Shown one piece after another: positions 1 through 12,894 of a DNA stretch of 64,000 nt (position 1 is the stretch's first letter; every line of letters begins with the position of its first letter). The notes beneath the pieces were generated by a model. The model made no database searches. It had not been told where the DNA came from and was given only the letters and a program-made list of their open reading frames with translations. This DNA is from Squalus acanthias. Its lineage: Eukaryota. The position numbers and the translations under genes were made by a program. Where the stretch lies: positions 82,522,001-82,586,000 of the forward strand of contig CM059439.1 of NCBI GenBank assembly GCA_030390025.1. The letters are read 5' to 3'.

Positions 1-1234
1 GGAAGCCTGCCTGAGTTTTCCCCTTACTAGCCATGGGATCACTTGCAACAGCCAACTGCAGCCCGATGGAGACCAGCTAACTCAGCTAAGGCCAGGAATC
101 ACACCTGGGACCCTTCTGGTGTGTACAGCTCCATGTTCCACCGTGTCTTCACCCACTGGGGCACTGAGAAACCAAAACTTTTACGTTAAGGTAAATTGTC
201 CACTCAAAAAAAGGTGGCTGGCTGCCCAATGTTCATGGTATCAATTCTAAGACTCGGCATGAAAACTTGACATTTCCTCATGACGCAGCCTCAGCTCCCG
301 GTCTCACCGCAAGTAAATCACCTACGCTCGAGTTGAAAAGTGTTTTCTACACGTAGGATTGTAGTTTTCAGATCAACAATCAAGCATGGCCTTTTCTTGC
401 AGTTCTTTTAAAAGCATTAACACTCCCTATGGGCTCTGCAGACTGCTGCACCCCCAACAACCCCACCCACCCCAGATGTACCCTCTCCCAACCCCAGCCA
501 TCTGATATAACGAAAATGCAAGACAGCTTCCTACCTGCACAGAACTTCAAATAGTAGGAAATGAGATAAAGTCATTCAGCCCATTAAACCCACTCTCTCC
601 ATAGACCATGTATTTAATTCACACAGTTGGTTTCAACTCAACTTATTTGATCCCCCCAAGGGAGGCGAATTAACTGCAAGGAGAACTTTCAAGAAGATCA
701 AACTCTTGTTAAATTTCTCCAACTTCTGATTTTTTTTGTTGAGCCTACACCCCCCACCCCGCCCTTCTTTTTCTCTTCCTCTTGCCCAGTTTCTGTCCAA
801 TTCTCCAGAAGGGATCAGCTCCACACTAGGATCCAGTTACACTGCGAAGCTGCCTTTTGGTGCCTCATCTCAAAGGCCATTCTGATTTATGAGCCTTGAC
901 AGTGAACAGAGGCAGGCTTTTCAACTGCAACATGCATCACAGCCGAACCCAACCCAATCTTTGTCTTAAGTCTCAACATGTATACTCCCAGCAAATAACT
1001 CTGGATATCGATCATAATCGGAAAAGCTGATTAAATTTACCAACAGAGTCACTTTTTTTTTTAAAAAGGTGAATGACAGCATCTAGCTCGCCCAGGTTAG
1101 ATGCAGAGAAAAGCTTCGTCTGCTCTGCCCCATCAACAAGCTTCAATCGCCATTTAACCAGTATGATTTTTTTTTTAAATTCCCACACCTGTCATCCAAT
1201 TGAGCTCAAGTGAGATTGCAAATTTTATGCAAGC

Positions 1235-1545
1235 AGGTAGGTAACTGTAATGGTTATGGTCCTGGATTCGCAACTCAGAGATTGTGAGTTCAAATCCCAC
1301 TATAGCAAGTTGTAAAACTGAATTAAATAAACCTGGTAATTTCTGGGCTGGCACCAGAAACTGCAGTGAAACCTGACGGATTATCATAGAAATCCAACTG
1401 GTTCACTAATCCCTTTCGGGGAAGGAAACCCGCCACCCCTACCTGGTCTGGCCTAGATGACACTCCACTCCTCAGTACATGGTTGGCAGTTAGGGCAACT
1501 AGTGAAGGAAAGTAAGTATCGGCCACATCACAAGAATTAAAAAAA
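1235..1545 (+). mobile_element. tRNA-derived SINE sharing its head and tail with the LINE at 23975-26436
   Basis: B box GTGAGTTCAAATCCCAC. Body CTGGTTCACTAAT..GGAAGGAAA..CCTGGTCTGGCCTA as at 24120-24180. Tail AGGGCAACTAG...CCACATC..GAAT-A-run as at 26364-26436. Confidence 0.7.
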
Positions 1546-4201
1546 TTATTAAAGCTAATTTTGAGCCTTATAAAGATTCAGTTCACTGTGTTCCATTGTC
1601 AACTACTGAGAAGCACGCAACAAATATCATAACTGTTACTTCTTCGAAGATGAACGTGACCGCCCAAAGATATGGCCCTCATTGGCTGAAGGCTATCAGA
1701 CGGAACATGAGTAAGCTAAACACATCAAAAACTGAAGATACAGATTATAAAAATATAGATCCTTATGTGATTTCAAGCCTTTAATCACCTTTCAGAGTTG
1801 AGATAACCAAATTAACCTTGCGATGTTTGATATAGTTGTTAATGATGCTCTGAAATCCATGAGATTAATGACTTGTAGTCACTTCAAGTACCCATTTTTC
1901 TACATATGAAAGGCTTCTATCATAGACGCTGTGTGGTCCTTTGAAACTGCAAGATTTCTTTCCTAACTGCAGCGTTATCTTGGAGTCACACACTCTGAAC
2001 AAAGCACTGTACTGATTAAATCCTCAGATTATGGATTAAAGAATTGCTTCCTGCTCGAATTGTTAACTGACAGTAAACAGCAATCAACATATACTCACAG
2101 TCTCTAGCCTTTGTAATAAACGATTACAGGAGCCAGCACTCCTATACTAGCTCAGCAGATCCCTGCTTTACCTTGGGATCCCAACAGAAACAATGATACC
2201 TTATATGAATTGTTTTTTTTAATATCAGTTAAATCAGACTCTGTAACCTCCAAGTCCAACAAGTGGAAACGTGTCTGTACATTTCATGGCAAAATCAACA
2301 ACATTGACAGGTACTGATGTGTTTGGCACCGCAACATGGAGCAAGCAGACTGGCTTCCTGTGATCCACTTTGGGCTCTGCTGTTCTGAAATAAATCCGTA
2401 ACTATATTTTGTTCAGCAAGAACCAAGTGTACAACATAAAATAGGTTGCTTGCCTGCAGCTCAATGAAAATACCGAAAATAAAAATGTAAAGCACTTCAC
2501 TAGAGATCGCAAGTCAAGAGCTTTGTAAGGATAGTTTGCTGCAGCGAACGATATTTGATACAGACATCAGAACATTCCATGACAGCAATTCACTTTCCAC
2601 TGGTGCAGCACTTCTGACAAACCTACTCACTGTGCAAGAGGAATAAAGTTAGCATCACTGATAGCTTTCTCTTCAGTGGCAAAACTGTATTTAAAAAGAC
2701 CCTGACTATAACATGCCTTTTCTATGCTTCCCAAAGATCATAGAGAAGTCCAGTGTACTAAGAATGTCAACTGCTGAGACAGATTATCTTTTTTCATTAA
2801 ACAGTACTGTGAAGCACTCTGACCATGTGATCACTTTAATATCCTGTGGCTATCTTCTAAGCAAAAGGAGATGCAATGTCAAATCAAATCAAAACAGAAT
2901 GCCCTTTTCATTACAGAGACAACCCATGCTTTTCAGATATTGGGAAAATGCTCCATTATCTTGAAAATGACATTTCGTAAGCACAAAGCTGATCTGATCT
3001 AACATTTGTCTGTGCACAGAATGCTGGATGCATATAATACCTGTACTGCAGAGTGCTGGGAAAGTAGGTGACCAGACCTCGCTTAACAATAAACACTGGC
3101 GACATAGTGAAAGCTCCTTCATGCAGACTGCAGACGAAAGGACCCTTGCTCACGCAGAGCCTGCCAGAGATTTACCTCTGTCCTCCTCTAATACCTTAAA
3201 GCCTACTTTCCTCCAATCACTATTATGTCCATGGTTCTTCAGCGAGGAGGATCAGCTGCTGCATCCAAGAGACCAAGGTTTAATTATGAGCTCAATCCAT
3301 AGTCCAGCTGTCCACAACAGCTTCATCCCAGCCAACTGCTGTGTCTGCTAACCTGGAGTTAAATGAAGCCTTGCTTCAGGTGACAGAGATCAATCACCAA
3401 GAACAGAATGATAAATTCACAACAAATAACCTATAATAGCAACCATAAAATTTACTTCAAAAACGAAACTTCTAATACACACAAGGCAACAATTAGCTTA
3501 GAAACATACTTCGCTGTATTTTCTTATAGTGTCGCTTCCTGTCACCTGATGCTTGACCACCAGGATAGCCTTACCACAGTATTGGTTACACCCAGGAGTG
3601 GAAAAAGCCAACAGCCTTGTATTTATTTTTTTCGTGGGGGGGTATTGCACATCCCGCAAATAACAGCAGCTGCCTCAGAGAGAATGAGAAGACCTCGTCA
3701 CCAACTCAAGGTTAAAATGACATTAATTTACTGCGAGACTGAAGCTCTTTTGGGGGGGGGGGGGGGGGGCGCGGCTATTAGGAGGTTACACAAATATCCC
3801 AAATGTGTAACAACCTCAACATTCCTTTTATTTTGCAGGCAATACCTTTATTTGAATCAATGGATACTTTGGCAACATAATAGGATAATATCCTGTTATG
3901 AATGATCGATTACTGCTTTTAAATGGCCAACTCTGCAATGAATATTAAAACAATATGCTGAATCTGGCCAAACAGTAATTCAGAACAAAATAAGGCAAAG
4001 CACCACCTTGGGATATGCACTTGATGTCATTTGTGGAGAGGAATGGAGTAAACAGCACACATTCCAAATGCCAACCTAGAAAACTCGCACAAGCTCCCTC
4101 ACAGCTTCCAAAAAACCGACACAGGCCACTAAAAGCTGATGGCTTAAGAATGGCCTTTGATTAGAAGTGAAAACAGGCAGCCAAATGGGATTTGTAACTT
4201 T

Positions 4202-4645
4202 GTGTCAGCTGTGGCTCAGTGGGTAGCACACTCGCCTCTGAGTCAGAAGGTTGTGGGTTCAAGTCTCACTCTCGGGACTTGAACACAAAGCTAGGCTGAC
4301 ACTCCAGTGCAGTGCTGAGGGAGGGCTGCACTGTCGGAGTGGCCGGCTTTCGATGAGACGTTAAACCGAGGCCCTGTCTGCTCTCTCAAGTGGACATAAA
4401 AGATCCCATGACACTATTTCGAAGAAGAGCAGGGGAGTTATCCCTGGTGTCCTGGCCAATATTTATCTCTCAACCAACATAACAAAAACAGATTATCTGG
4501 TCATCATCACATTGCTGTTTGTAGGACCTTGCTGTGCGCAAAGTGGCTGCCACATTTCCCACATTACAACAGTGACTCCACTTCAAAAAGTACTTCATTG
4601 GCTGTAAAGCACTTTGAGATGTCCGGTGGTCGTGAATCTTTCTTC
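4202..4645 (+). mobile_element. DeuSINE (SacSINE1/AmnSINE1-related) tRNA SINE
   Basis: A box TGGCTCAGTGGG and B box GGTTCAAGTC. Deu-domain-like core GATGAGACGTTAAACCGAGGCCCTGTCTGC..GTGGAC.TAAAAGATCCCATG..CACTATTTCGAAGAAGAGCAGGGGAGTT..CCTGGCCAATATTTATC. L2-type 3' tail. Confidence 0.8.
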
Positions 4646-5807
4646 AATTCAACCAGCCACACTTCTCCCCTCTCCTTAATTCAAACAGGCATCCTTCTTC
4701 TACCCCCTCAGCCCAACCCCGCTTCCAGAAAACACTCCTCCCCCAGCTCCCCATCAATCAAACTGCCACTCTTCTTGCCCTCAAGCCCAGTTCATTCTCA
4801 AAGTCTTGCACCGATCCATGTTGGCACTCTTTCTCTCGCCTCAGTTCATACTGGCACTCTGCTTTCTCTCTCTATTCCAAAGTGCTGCTCCCAATTTCTT
4901 TCATCTTTCTCTGAAAAAACTGCCCCTGGTTTCTGGCCCTTCCTCCCTCCTTCAATGCCATCCATGTCACCCATTCCATTTCCCCATCACATGATATCCA
5001 ATTTCCCTTTACCTATCCCCTAAATTACCACATTCCCCCTTGCCTTAGAATTTCATTGCTATCCAATTCCCTCTTCCCTTCTCTGCCATCCATATCCCGC
5101 TTACATTGCCATCCATTCCACCTTCGTTGTCCCAAAACAACCCAGAAAATTGATTAGGCTCAAATTCCAGATCAATTATCTATGTATGTTTAAATGTGGT
5201 GTTGCACTTCATCCATTTTGCTTAAAAAGGACTAAATGAAAAAGGTGACTAGTTTACTAATACAGTATACCAGAGCCTCTGTAGATTGTGCCACAGAATG
5301 GGAAGTTGGAGGGCTCACACTTACAATGGACCATCCATCTCAGCCACTCCATTGTGGAGAGGCGAGTTACCTCCTCACAGGGATGGATGTGGGAAAATAA
5401 CAAGTTGGAGGAAGAGTAATAGGCTTGTTTACACCCCCGCCACCAACCATCAGTATCAAGGCAGCATTGGACAAAGCCTGGAACTGCTCCACCAGCCGTT
5501 AACCAGAGGGTGGGGCATGTTGCAGGGAAATCCAAGAAGCAGGAAAGGGAAAAAATAACTTCTGTATTAAAATAGAAATCTGAAAAATAAAATGGCTCAA
5601 TAAAGTAGATTTAAAAAAAAAAAATCAGAAATTGCTTGCTGCATCTGCTAACCTGTTTGCACAGGTCTGTTCACACCCTTATCGCAAATCTAAACATTAA
5701 ATTCTGTACCCCAGAAATCTCATGCCAACTATCTGGAGGACTAGATTAACATTTCTCAGAGAGTCACTTGCACAGTTCCCGACTGCTGTTTTATGAGCTG
5801 TGATCAC

Positions 5808-6815
5808 TTTTTTTTATTTGTTTATGGGATGTGGGCGTTGCTGGCAAGGCCAGCATTTATTGCCCATCCCTAATTGCCCTTGAGAAGGAGGTGGTGAGCT
5901 GCCGCCTTAAACCGCTGCAGTCCATGTGGTGAAGGTACTCCCGCAGTGCTACTAGGGAGGGAGTTCCAGGATTTTGACCCAGCGATGATGAAGGAGCGGC
6001 AATATACTTCTAAGTCAGGATGGTGTGTGACTTGGAGGGGAACTTGGAGGTGGTGGTGTTCCCATGTGCCTGCTGCCCTTGTCCTTCTAGGTGGAAAAGG
6101 TCGCGGGTTTGGGAGGCGCTGCCGAAGAAGCCTTGGCTGCAGTGTAGATGGTACACACTGCAGCCACGGTACGCCGGTGGTGGAGGGAGTGAATGTTTAA
6201 GGTGGTGGATGGGGTGCCAATCAAGCGGGCTGCTTTGTCCTGGATGGTGTTGAGCTTCTTGAGTGTTGTTGGAGCTGCACTCATCCAGGCAAGTGGAGAG
6301 TATTCCATCACACTCCTGGCTTGTTCCTTGTAGATGGTGGAAAGGCTTTGGGGAGACAGGAAGTGAGACACTCGCTGCAGAATACCTAGCCTCTGACCCG
6401 CTCTTGTTGCCACAGTATTTATGTGGCTGGTCCAGTTCGGTTTCTGGGCAATGGTGACCCCCAGGATGTTGATGGTGGGGGATTCGGCGATGGTAATGCC
6501 GTTGAATGTCATGGGGTGGTGGTTAGACCTGTGTGGCGCGAATGTTACCTGCCACTCATCAGCCCAAGCCTGAACGTCGTACAGGTCTTGTTGCATGCGG
6601 GCATGGACTGCTTCATTATCTGAGGAGCTGTGAATGGTGCTGAACACTGTGCAGTCATCAGCGAACATCCCCATTTCTGACCTTATGTTGGAGGGAAGGT
6701 CATTGATGAAGCAGCTGAAGATGGTTGGGCCTAGGACACTGCCCTGAGGAACTCCTGCAGCGATGTTCTGAGGCCGTGATGATTGACCTTCAACCAGCAC
6801 AACAACCTTCCTTTG
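5808..6815 (-). mobile_element. 5'-truncated CR1-clade (Zenon-like) LINE, RT C-terminal half
   Basis: ORF 6087-6800 has [10 protein letters not shown] and FADD RT motifs plus YK.Q.RS.MEY and SLHHRR.VAA motifs. A-rich 3' end at 5808. Confidence 0.85.
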
Positions 6816-7909
6816 TTAAAGGAGCTTAAAATTTCTTTCACCTCTGGAAATGTTCAGTGTTCATTGAAGTACGTCGTCAGACAGGTAGAACTTCACGAGG
6901 AGCTTGGGTCAACAGCGAGTGGTTCCAGGATATGTTGCTGCCTTTACTCAGATCTGCCAGCTGTTGGTCACTGTTATTTTCTCCTCAAAAGACACCCTGC
7001 TTCTATTCATCAAAGGATACAACAGAAGCTCAATTCTGCTTGAAGGGAAACTGCAGTCATCCAAATTGTCACATAATGCTATACACTTTGAAGGGATGCA
7101 TTTCCACACAGGCGAGGATCTCTCAGCCATCCATCTTGCTGCTTTGTTATTTAAATCTGGGGATCTGGGAACAGCCTGGGAACAGAATAGTTAACGAACG
7201 TGGACAGTGGACGCTGAAAATGCACTCCCCATTCATGATGTCCTTGGAGTGGAATTTCACCATGTTGCTGCTGGAAAAACCTTACACAAAATGTCTGTTG
7301 TCAAGTTGTCCCAAGCAGTAATTAACTGTAAAAGACACAGGTGACAGACACACTAGCAACCTACGTATTTCTGCCTTTGCATCATTTAAGACAATAAGGC
7401 AAAACAGATGCCTGCTTTTCCTCCTTCAAGCCAGTGACACAACTACATAAAAATACATCAAATGTATTTCAAAATCCTTCATGTCATTCAATCTCTTTCT
7501 GAACACAAGAAATTGCCCGAGGAGATGTTGAAGATTGAAGGACCCAGCAGCTTATTGAAATCAAAAGCTAACTAGCATAACCAATAAGCTTGCCCTCATT
7601 TTTTTTTTTTTTTTTTTACAACACTGTTCATTTCAAACTCAACAGGGCAATCTACACATAAACACACATTTTAAAGTATCTCGCTGAGGAGCACTGCTCA
7701 AGAGAGACATCAAAAACAGGCTATCCACTGCTGCTTCTAGAATATTAGAAAGTGGGGATCGCTGATGTAGCAGAGCCTGGTCTCCAATCATCTTGGATCC
7801 CCTTGCCATTGGACCAAGACCTTGCTCTGTCAAGCCCATGTGGTAGCTGGTGTGCAACGGCCACCCCACGTTAAAAGAATTTACGCACAGGAATCTTCCA
7901 CCCTTTAAA

Positions 7910-10900
7910 ATGAAGTTCGGGACCTGGAACGTCAGGACCCTCATGGACAACCCCAACAGTGACAGACCGGAACGCCGTACTGCTATCGTTGCCCGGGAGC
8001 TCAGACGTTTCGACAAAGACATCGCCGCCCTAAGTGAGACCCGGCGGGCAGGGGAAGGCCAGCTAAAGGAGCAAGGCGGTGGTTACACCTTCTTCTGGAA
8101 AGGCAAATCTGAAGAAGAACGCCGCCTCCATGGGGTAGGCTTCGCCATAAAAAATTAGCTCGTTGAACGTCTCAGAGACTCCCCTTGTGGAATAAACGAA
8201 CGCCTCATGGCTCTACGGCTCACCCGAACCCGGAACCAGTGCGCTACGGTCATCAGTGCGTACGCCCCAACACTGGAAGCCACATCGAGACCAAAGAGGA
8301 ATTCTACTCCAGCCTCGAACAATCCCTGTCCCGAGTCCCAACAGGCGACAAGCTGATCCTCCTTGGCGACTTTAATGCCAGAGTTGGAAAGGACACAGAT
8401 CTCTGGGGAGGTGTGATCGGCAGAGAGTGGGTAGGGAAAGCCAACTCCAACGGTACCCTCCTCCTGACGAGATGCTTAGAACATGGCCTTGTCATAACCA
8501 ACACCTTGTTCCGTCAGAGAGACAAGTATAAGGCTTCATGGCAACACCCTCGCTCCAAGCACTGGCATCTGCTGGACTACGTCATCGTCTGAGTGAGGGA
8601 CCGCAAGGACGCCCGCATCAGCCGCGCCATGACAGGAGCTGACGACTGCTGGACAAACCACCGCCTAATCCGTTGTCATCTCCATCAACGTAGCCCCAAA
8701 ACAGCGGCGGCAACAGAAGCAATGCCGCAGGAAAATCAACGCTGGAGCACTCAAAAACCCTGCTAAGAAAGCCCTATTCAGCCTGCGCCTCACAAACAAC
8801 CTGACGACTCCCAGTGATTCAGAGACACAGAGTGTCCACAGCGCCTGGTCTGCACTCAAGGCCCCCATAATCAGCACCTGTGAAGAGACGCTCGGTCACT
8901 CGACCAGGAAACACCAAGACTGGTTCGACGAGAACGACCAGGAGATCCAGGAGCTAATAAGCCACAAGCGTAAGGCATTCCTGATCTGGAAACAGCAACA
9001 GAACTCGAGAGCACGAAAGCAGCTCTACAGACGCCTGAAGGTCGAGGTCCAACAAAAAACTCGCGACCTAAAGAACAGATGGTGGGTGGAGAAAGCGCAG
9101 GAGATCCAGCAGCTAGCCGACAACCATGACATGCGTGGATTCTTTAGCGCAGTCAAGACCACCTGCGGCCCAAGCACCCAAGGTCCTACCCCACTGCGGG
9201 CCAAGAATGGAAAGGTACGCATCGAGGACAGAGAGGCAATCAGTGCCCGCTGGAAGGAGCACTTCGAAGATCTCCTTAACTGAGACTCTGTCTTCGACGC
9301 GAGTGTCCTCAACTCCGTCTTCGACGCAAGTGTCCTCAACTCCATCCCGCAGCATGCTACCTGCCACCACCTCAGCACAACTCCAGTCCGGCATGAGGTT
9401 GAAGAGGCCATCCGACAACTGAAGAACAACAAGGCCTCAGGAGCAGATGGAATCCCCGCCGAGGCGCTAAAACATGGCGGAAAAGCACTATTGGCGCTAA
9501 TACACGAACTAATTTCTCTTATTTGGAAAGAGGAGAGCATGCCAGGGGATCTCAGAGACACCGTAATCGTGACCATCTTCAAGAAAGGTGACAAGTCCGA
9601 TTGCGGTAATTACAGAGGAGTCTCGCCGCTGTTTGCCACAGGGAAAGTCATCGCAAGAATCCTCCTCAATCGCCTTCTCCCAGTGCCTGAAGAGCTCCTC
9701 CCAGAGTCGCAATGCAGATTCCGCCCATTGAGGGGCACAATGGACATGATCTTCACCGCGCGTCAACTACAAGAGAAATGCAGGGAACAGCACCAACCGC
9801 TGTACATGGCCTTCTTTGACCTCAGAAAGGCCTTCGACACTGTCAACCGTGAGGGATTATGGAGTGTCCTCCTCAAATTCGGCTGCCCTCAAAAGTTTGT
9901 CACCATCCTCCACCTGCTTCACGACGACATGCAAGCCGTGATCCCGACCAACGGTTCCACCACAGACCCAATTCACGTACAGACCGGGGTCAAGCAAGGC
10001 TGTGTCATCGCACCAACGCTCTTCTCGATCTTCCTGGCTGCAATGCTCCATCTCACCCTCAGTAAGCTCCCCGCTGGAGTGGAGCTAAACTACAGAACAA
10101 ACGGGAAACTGTTCAACCTCGGTTGCCTCCAGTCCAGATCCAAGGTCATCGAATTACAGTATGCAGACGACGCTTGCGTCTGCGCACAATCGGAGGTCGA
10201 ACTCCAAACCATCGTCAACACCTTCACCGAAGCATACGAGAGCATGGGCCTTACACTAAACATCCGTAAGACAAAGGTCCTCGACCAACCTGCCCCCGAT
10301 TATCAAAATCCATGATGAGGCCTTGGACAACATGGACCACTTTCCATACCTCGGGAGCCTACTGTCAACAAGGGCAGACGTCGATGACGAAGTCCAACAC
10401 CGCCTTCAGTGTGCCAGTGCAGCCTTCGGTCGCCTGAGGAAAAGTGTGTTTGAAGACCAGGACCTCAAACCCAGCACCAAGCTCATGGTCTACAGAGCAG
10501 TAGTGATACCCGCCCTCGTGTACGCTTCAAAGACGTGGACCATGTACAGCAGGCACCTCAAAGCACTGGAGAGGTACCACCAACGCTGCCTCCGCAAGAT
10601 CCTGCAAATCCATTGGCAGGATAGGTGCACCGTCAGTGTTCTCGCTCAGGCCAACATCCCCAGCATCGAAGCTTTGACCACGCTCGATCAGCTCCGATGG
10701 ACGGGTCACATTGTCCGCATGCCCGATACGAGACTCCCAAAGCAAGCGCTCTACTCGGAGCTCCGACATGGCAAGAGAGCCCCAGGTGGGCAGAGGAAAC
10801 GCTTCAAGGACACCCTCAAAGCCTCCTTGAAAAAGTGCAACATCCCCACCGACACCTGGGAATCCCTGGCCCAAGACCGCACAAAGTGGAGGAGAAGCAT

Positions 10901-11074
10901 CCGGGAAGGCGCCGAACACCTCGAGTCTCTTCGCCGGGAGCAAGCGGAAGCCAAGCGCAAACAGTGCACGTCAACCCAAGCACCCCACCCATCCACCCCT
11001 TCAACCACCGTCTGTCCCACCTGAGACAGAGACTGTAGATTGGACTCATCGGTCACCTGAGAACTCATTTTTAG
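7910..11074 (+). pseudogene. Disrupted RTE ORF: APE endonuclease + reverse transcriptase + C-terminal CCHH knuckle
   Basis: MKFGTWNVRTL, LSETR, LGDFNARVG and LDYVIV (APE); GVKQGCVIAP and QYADD (RT); CPT..C...HLRTHF end. Broken by several stops and frameshifts across consecutive ORFs. Confidence 0.93.
9290..9343 (+). repeat. 27-bp tandem duplication inside the RTE ORF
   Basis: GTCTTCGACGCGAGTGTCCTCAACTCC followed by GTCTTCGACGCAAGTGTCCTCAACTCC. Confidence 0.9.
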
Positions 11075-11292
11075 TGTGGAAGCAAGTCATCCTCGGTTCC
11101 GAGGGACTGCCTAAGAAGAAGAGCAGGAGAAAAAGAAAGTGGGGATTATAAAAACAAAAAGATAAAAAGGAATCTACTGTCTTTATTCTGCCCTTTTTAT
11201 CATGAACATATGTTTTGATAAAAAGGTCAGATTTTCTGCTCATCAAGACAAGGGATTTTACTTCTGGGGAAAGGAGTACCTCTTCCTAGAGT

Positions 11293-11785
11293 AAGCCTTT
11301 AGGAAGGATGTCAAGGCCTTAAAGAAGGTGCAGAGGAGATTTACTAGAATGATACCAGGAATGAGGAACTTCAGTAATGTGGAGAGACTAGAGAAGCTGG
11401 GATTGCTCTCCTTCGAGCAGAGACGGTTAAGGGGAGATTCAAGTGTTCAAAAATGATGACGAATTTTGTGAATAACGGAAAACTTCTTCCATTAGCAGGG
11501 GGGTTGGTAACCAGAGGACACAGATTTAAGATAATTAGCAATAGAACCAGAGAGATGTGGAAAAATTATTTTACACAGTGAGGTGTTATGATCTGGAATG
11601 CAGATGGGTGTTGTGAGCAGATTCAATAACTCTCAAAAGGGAATTAGATATATCCTTGAAAAGGAAAAATTGGAGGGCGATGGGGGAAAGATTGGGGGAA
11701 TGGGACAAATTTGATGGTTCTTTCAAATAAACGGCACAGGCATGATGGGCAAAATAGCCCCCTTTTGTGCTGTATGATTCTGTGA
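11293..11785 (+). mobile_element. CR1 LINE 3' fragment
   Basis: Matches the 3' part of other CR1 copies here (TTTAGGAAGGATGT..GTGCAGAGGAGATTTACTAGAATG; ACCAGAGGACACAGATTTAAG) and ends in a TGTGCTGTATGATTCT tail. Confidence 0.85.
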
Positions 11786-12135
11786 CCTTGAGTTCCCACA
11801 TCTCCAACCTCCTCCAGCAATAAATTGCAACCCCCACCCCCGCAACCAAAGTTTATGTTCCTCTAATTCCAGCCTTGTAAATCCCCCCTTCCCATGCCCC
11901 ACACTTGGCAGCCATGCTTTCAGTCACCTTGGCCCCACTCTCTGGAATTCCCTCCCTGAACCACTTCGCTTCGCCACCTCCCTCTCCTTTAAGTCTCTCC
12001 TTAAATCCCACCTCTTAAGCTTTTGGTAACCCTTCCTAATCTTTCCTCTTTGGGGTCTGGTTTTACTTGAGACCTCTGTGAAGCACCTTGGGATATCATT
12101 CTAATGTTAAAGACACTTTATAAATGCAAATTTAT
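11786..12135 (+). mobile_element. L2 LINE 3' fragment (old)
   Basis: Similar to 22070-22430 (CTCTGGAATTCCCTCCCT.AA; CTGTGAAGCACCTTGGGA; TATATAAATGCAA). Confidence 0.7.
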
Positions 12136-12817
12136 ATTGAGAAAACCTAACTGGCAAAGCAGAGCTCAAACTTGTGTATATGGGCTTGCAAAATGTGTTT
12201 GATAAAGTATTGTTAGCAAAATCGAAGCCTATGTGATAAAAGGGGCAGTATAAAATTGGCTAAGGGATAGAAAACAGAAAGTTGTGGTGAATGGCTGTTT
12301 TTCGGACTGGAGGGAAGTATACAGTGGAGTTCCCCAGGGATCAATACTAGGACCACTGCTGTTTTTGATGTACATTAACGACTTAGACTTGGGGGCACAG
12401 GGCACAATTTTGAAATCTGCAGATGACGCGAAACTTGGAAGTATAGTAAACAGTGAGGAAGATAGTCATAAACTTCAAAAGGACATATACAGGCTGGTGG
12501 AATAGGCGGACACATGGCAGATGAAATTTAACGCAGAAAAGCATGAGATGATACATTTTGGTAGGAAGAATGAGGGGAGACAATACATGCTAAATGGTAC
12601 AATTTGAAAAGGGGTGCAAGAAGAGAGACACATGGGGGAGTTTGTGCACAAATCTTTGAAGGTGGCAGGACAGGTTAACAAAGCAGTTAGTAAAGCATGT
12701 AGGATCCTGGGCTTTATAAATAGAGGCCATGATGCGGAGATGCCGGTGTTGGACTGGGGTGGACAAAAGTGAGAAGTCGCACAACACCAGGTTATAGTCC
12801 AACAGTTTTATTTGAAA

Positions 12818-12855
12818 TCACAAGCTTTCGGAGCTGCTGCCCCTTCGTCAGGTGA
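12818..12855 (-). ncRNA. Minimal type-I hammerhead ribozyme motif (antisense arm)
   Basis: Reverse complement reads TCAC-CTGACGA-A-GGGGC(AGCA)GCTCC-GAAA-GCTT-GTGA. Confidence 0.75.
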
Positions 12856-12857
12856 CT

Positions 12858-12894
12858 TCACCTGACGAAGGAGCAGCGCTCCGAAAGCTTGTGA
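12858..12894 (+). ncRNA. Minimal type-I hammerhead ribozyme motif
   Basis: TCAC-CTGACGA-A-GGAGC(AGC)GCTCC-GAAA-GCTT-GTGA: stem I TCAC/GTGA, CUGANGA core, stem II, GAAA, palindromic AGCT stem III. Confidence 0.78.

Larger units (their letters stand above)
7760..11133 (+). mobile_element. Full-length RTE-clade LINE (decayed) with 13-bp TSD
   Basis: TSD AGAAAGTGGGGAT at 7747-7759 and 11134-11146. Short 5' UTR, a single APE-RT ORF and a (GAA)n-like tail. Confidence 0.95.

Noticed and set aside
2295-2495. Peptide SGSQEASLLAPCC as the next RASAL2 exon (SHESLLSPC)
   Set aside because: Similarity is superficial. The flanking KLKESR and KPLHSSILG motifs are absent, so the next exon probably lies left of the window.
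3408-3905. 165-aa ORF with a poly-Gly stretch
   Set aside because: The poly-Gly comes from a G homopolymer; no recognisable domain or splice context.
4202-4280. tRNA gene (A/B boxes; also 23975 and 28320-28392)
   Set aside because: Boxes continue into SINE bodies; no complete cloverleaf or terminator.
4529-5150. 164-aa Ser/Pro-rich ORF
   Set aside because: Starts inside a SINE tail and runs through pyrimidine-rich low-complexity sequence; no domain or splice support.
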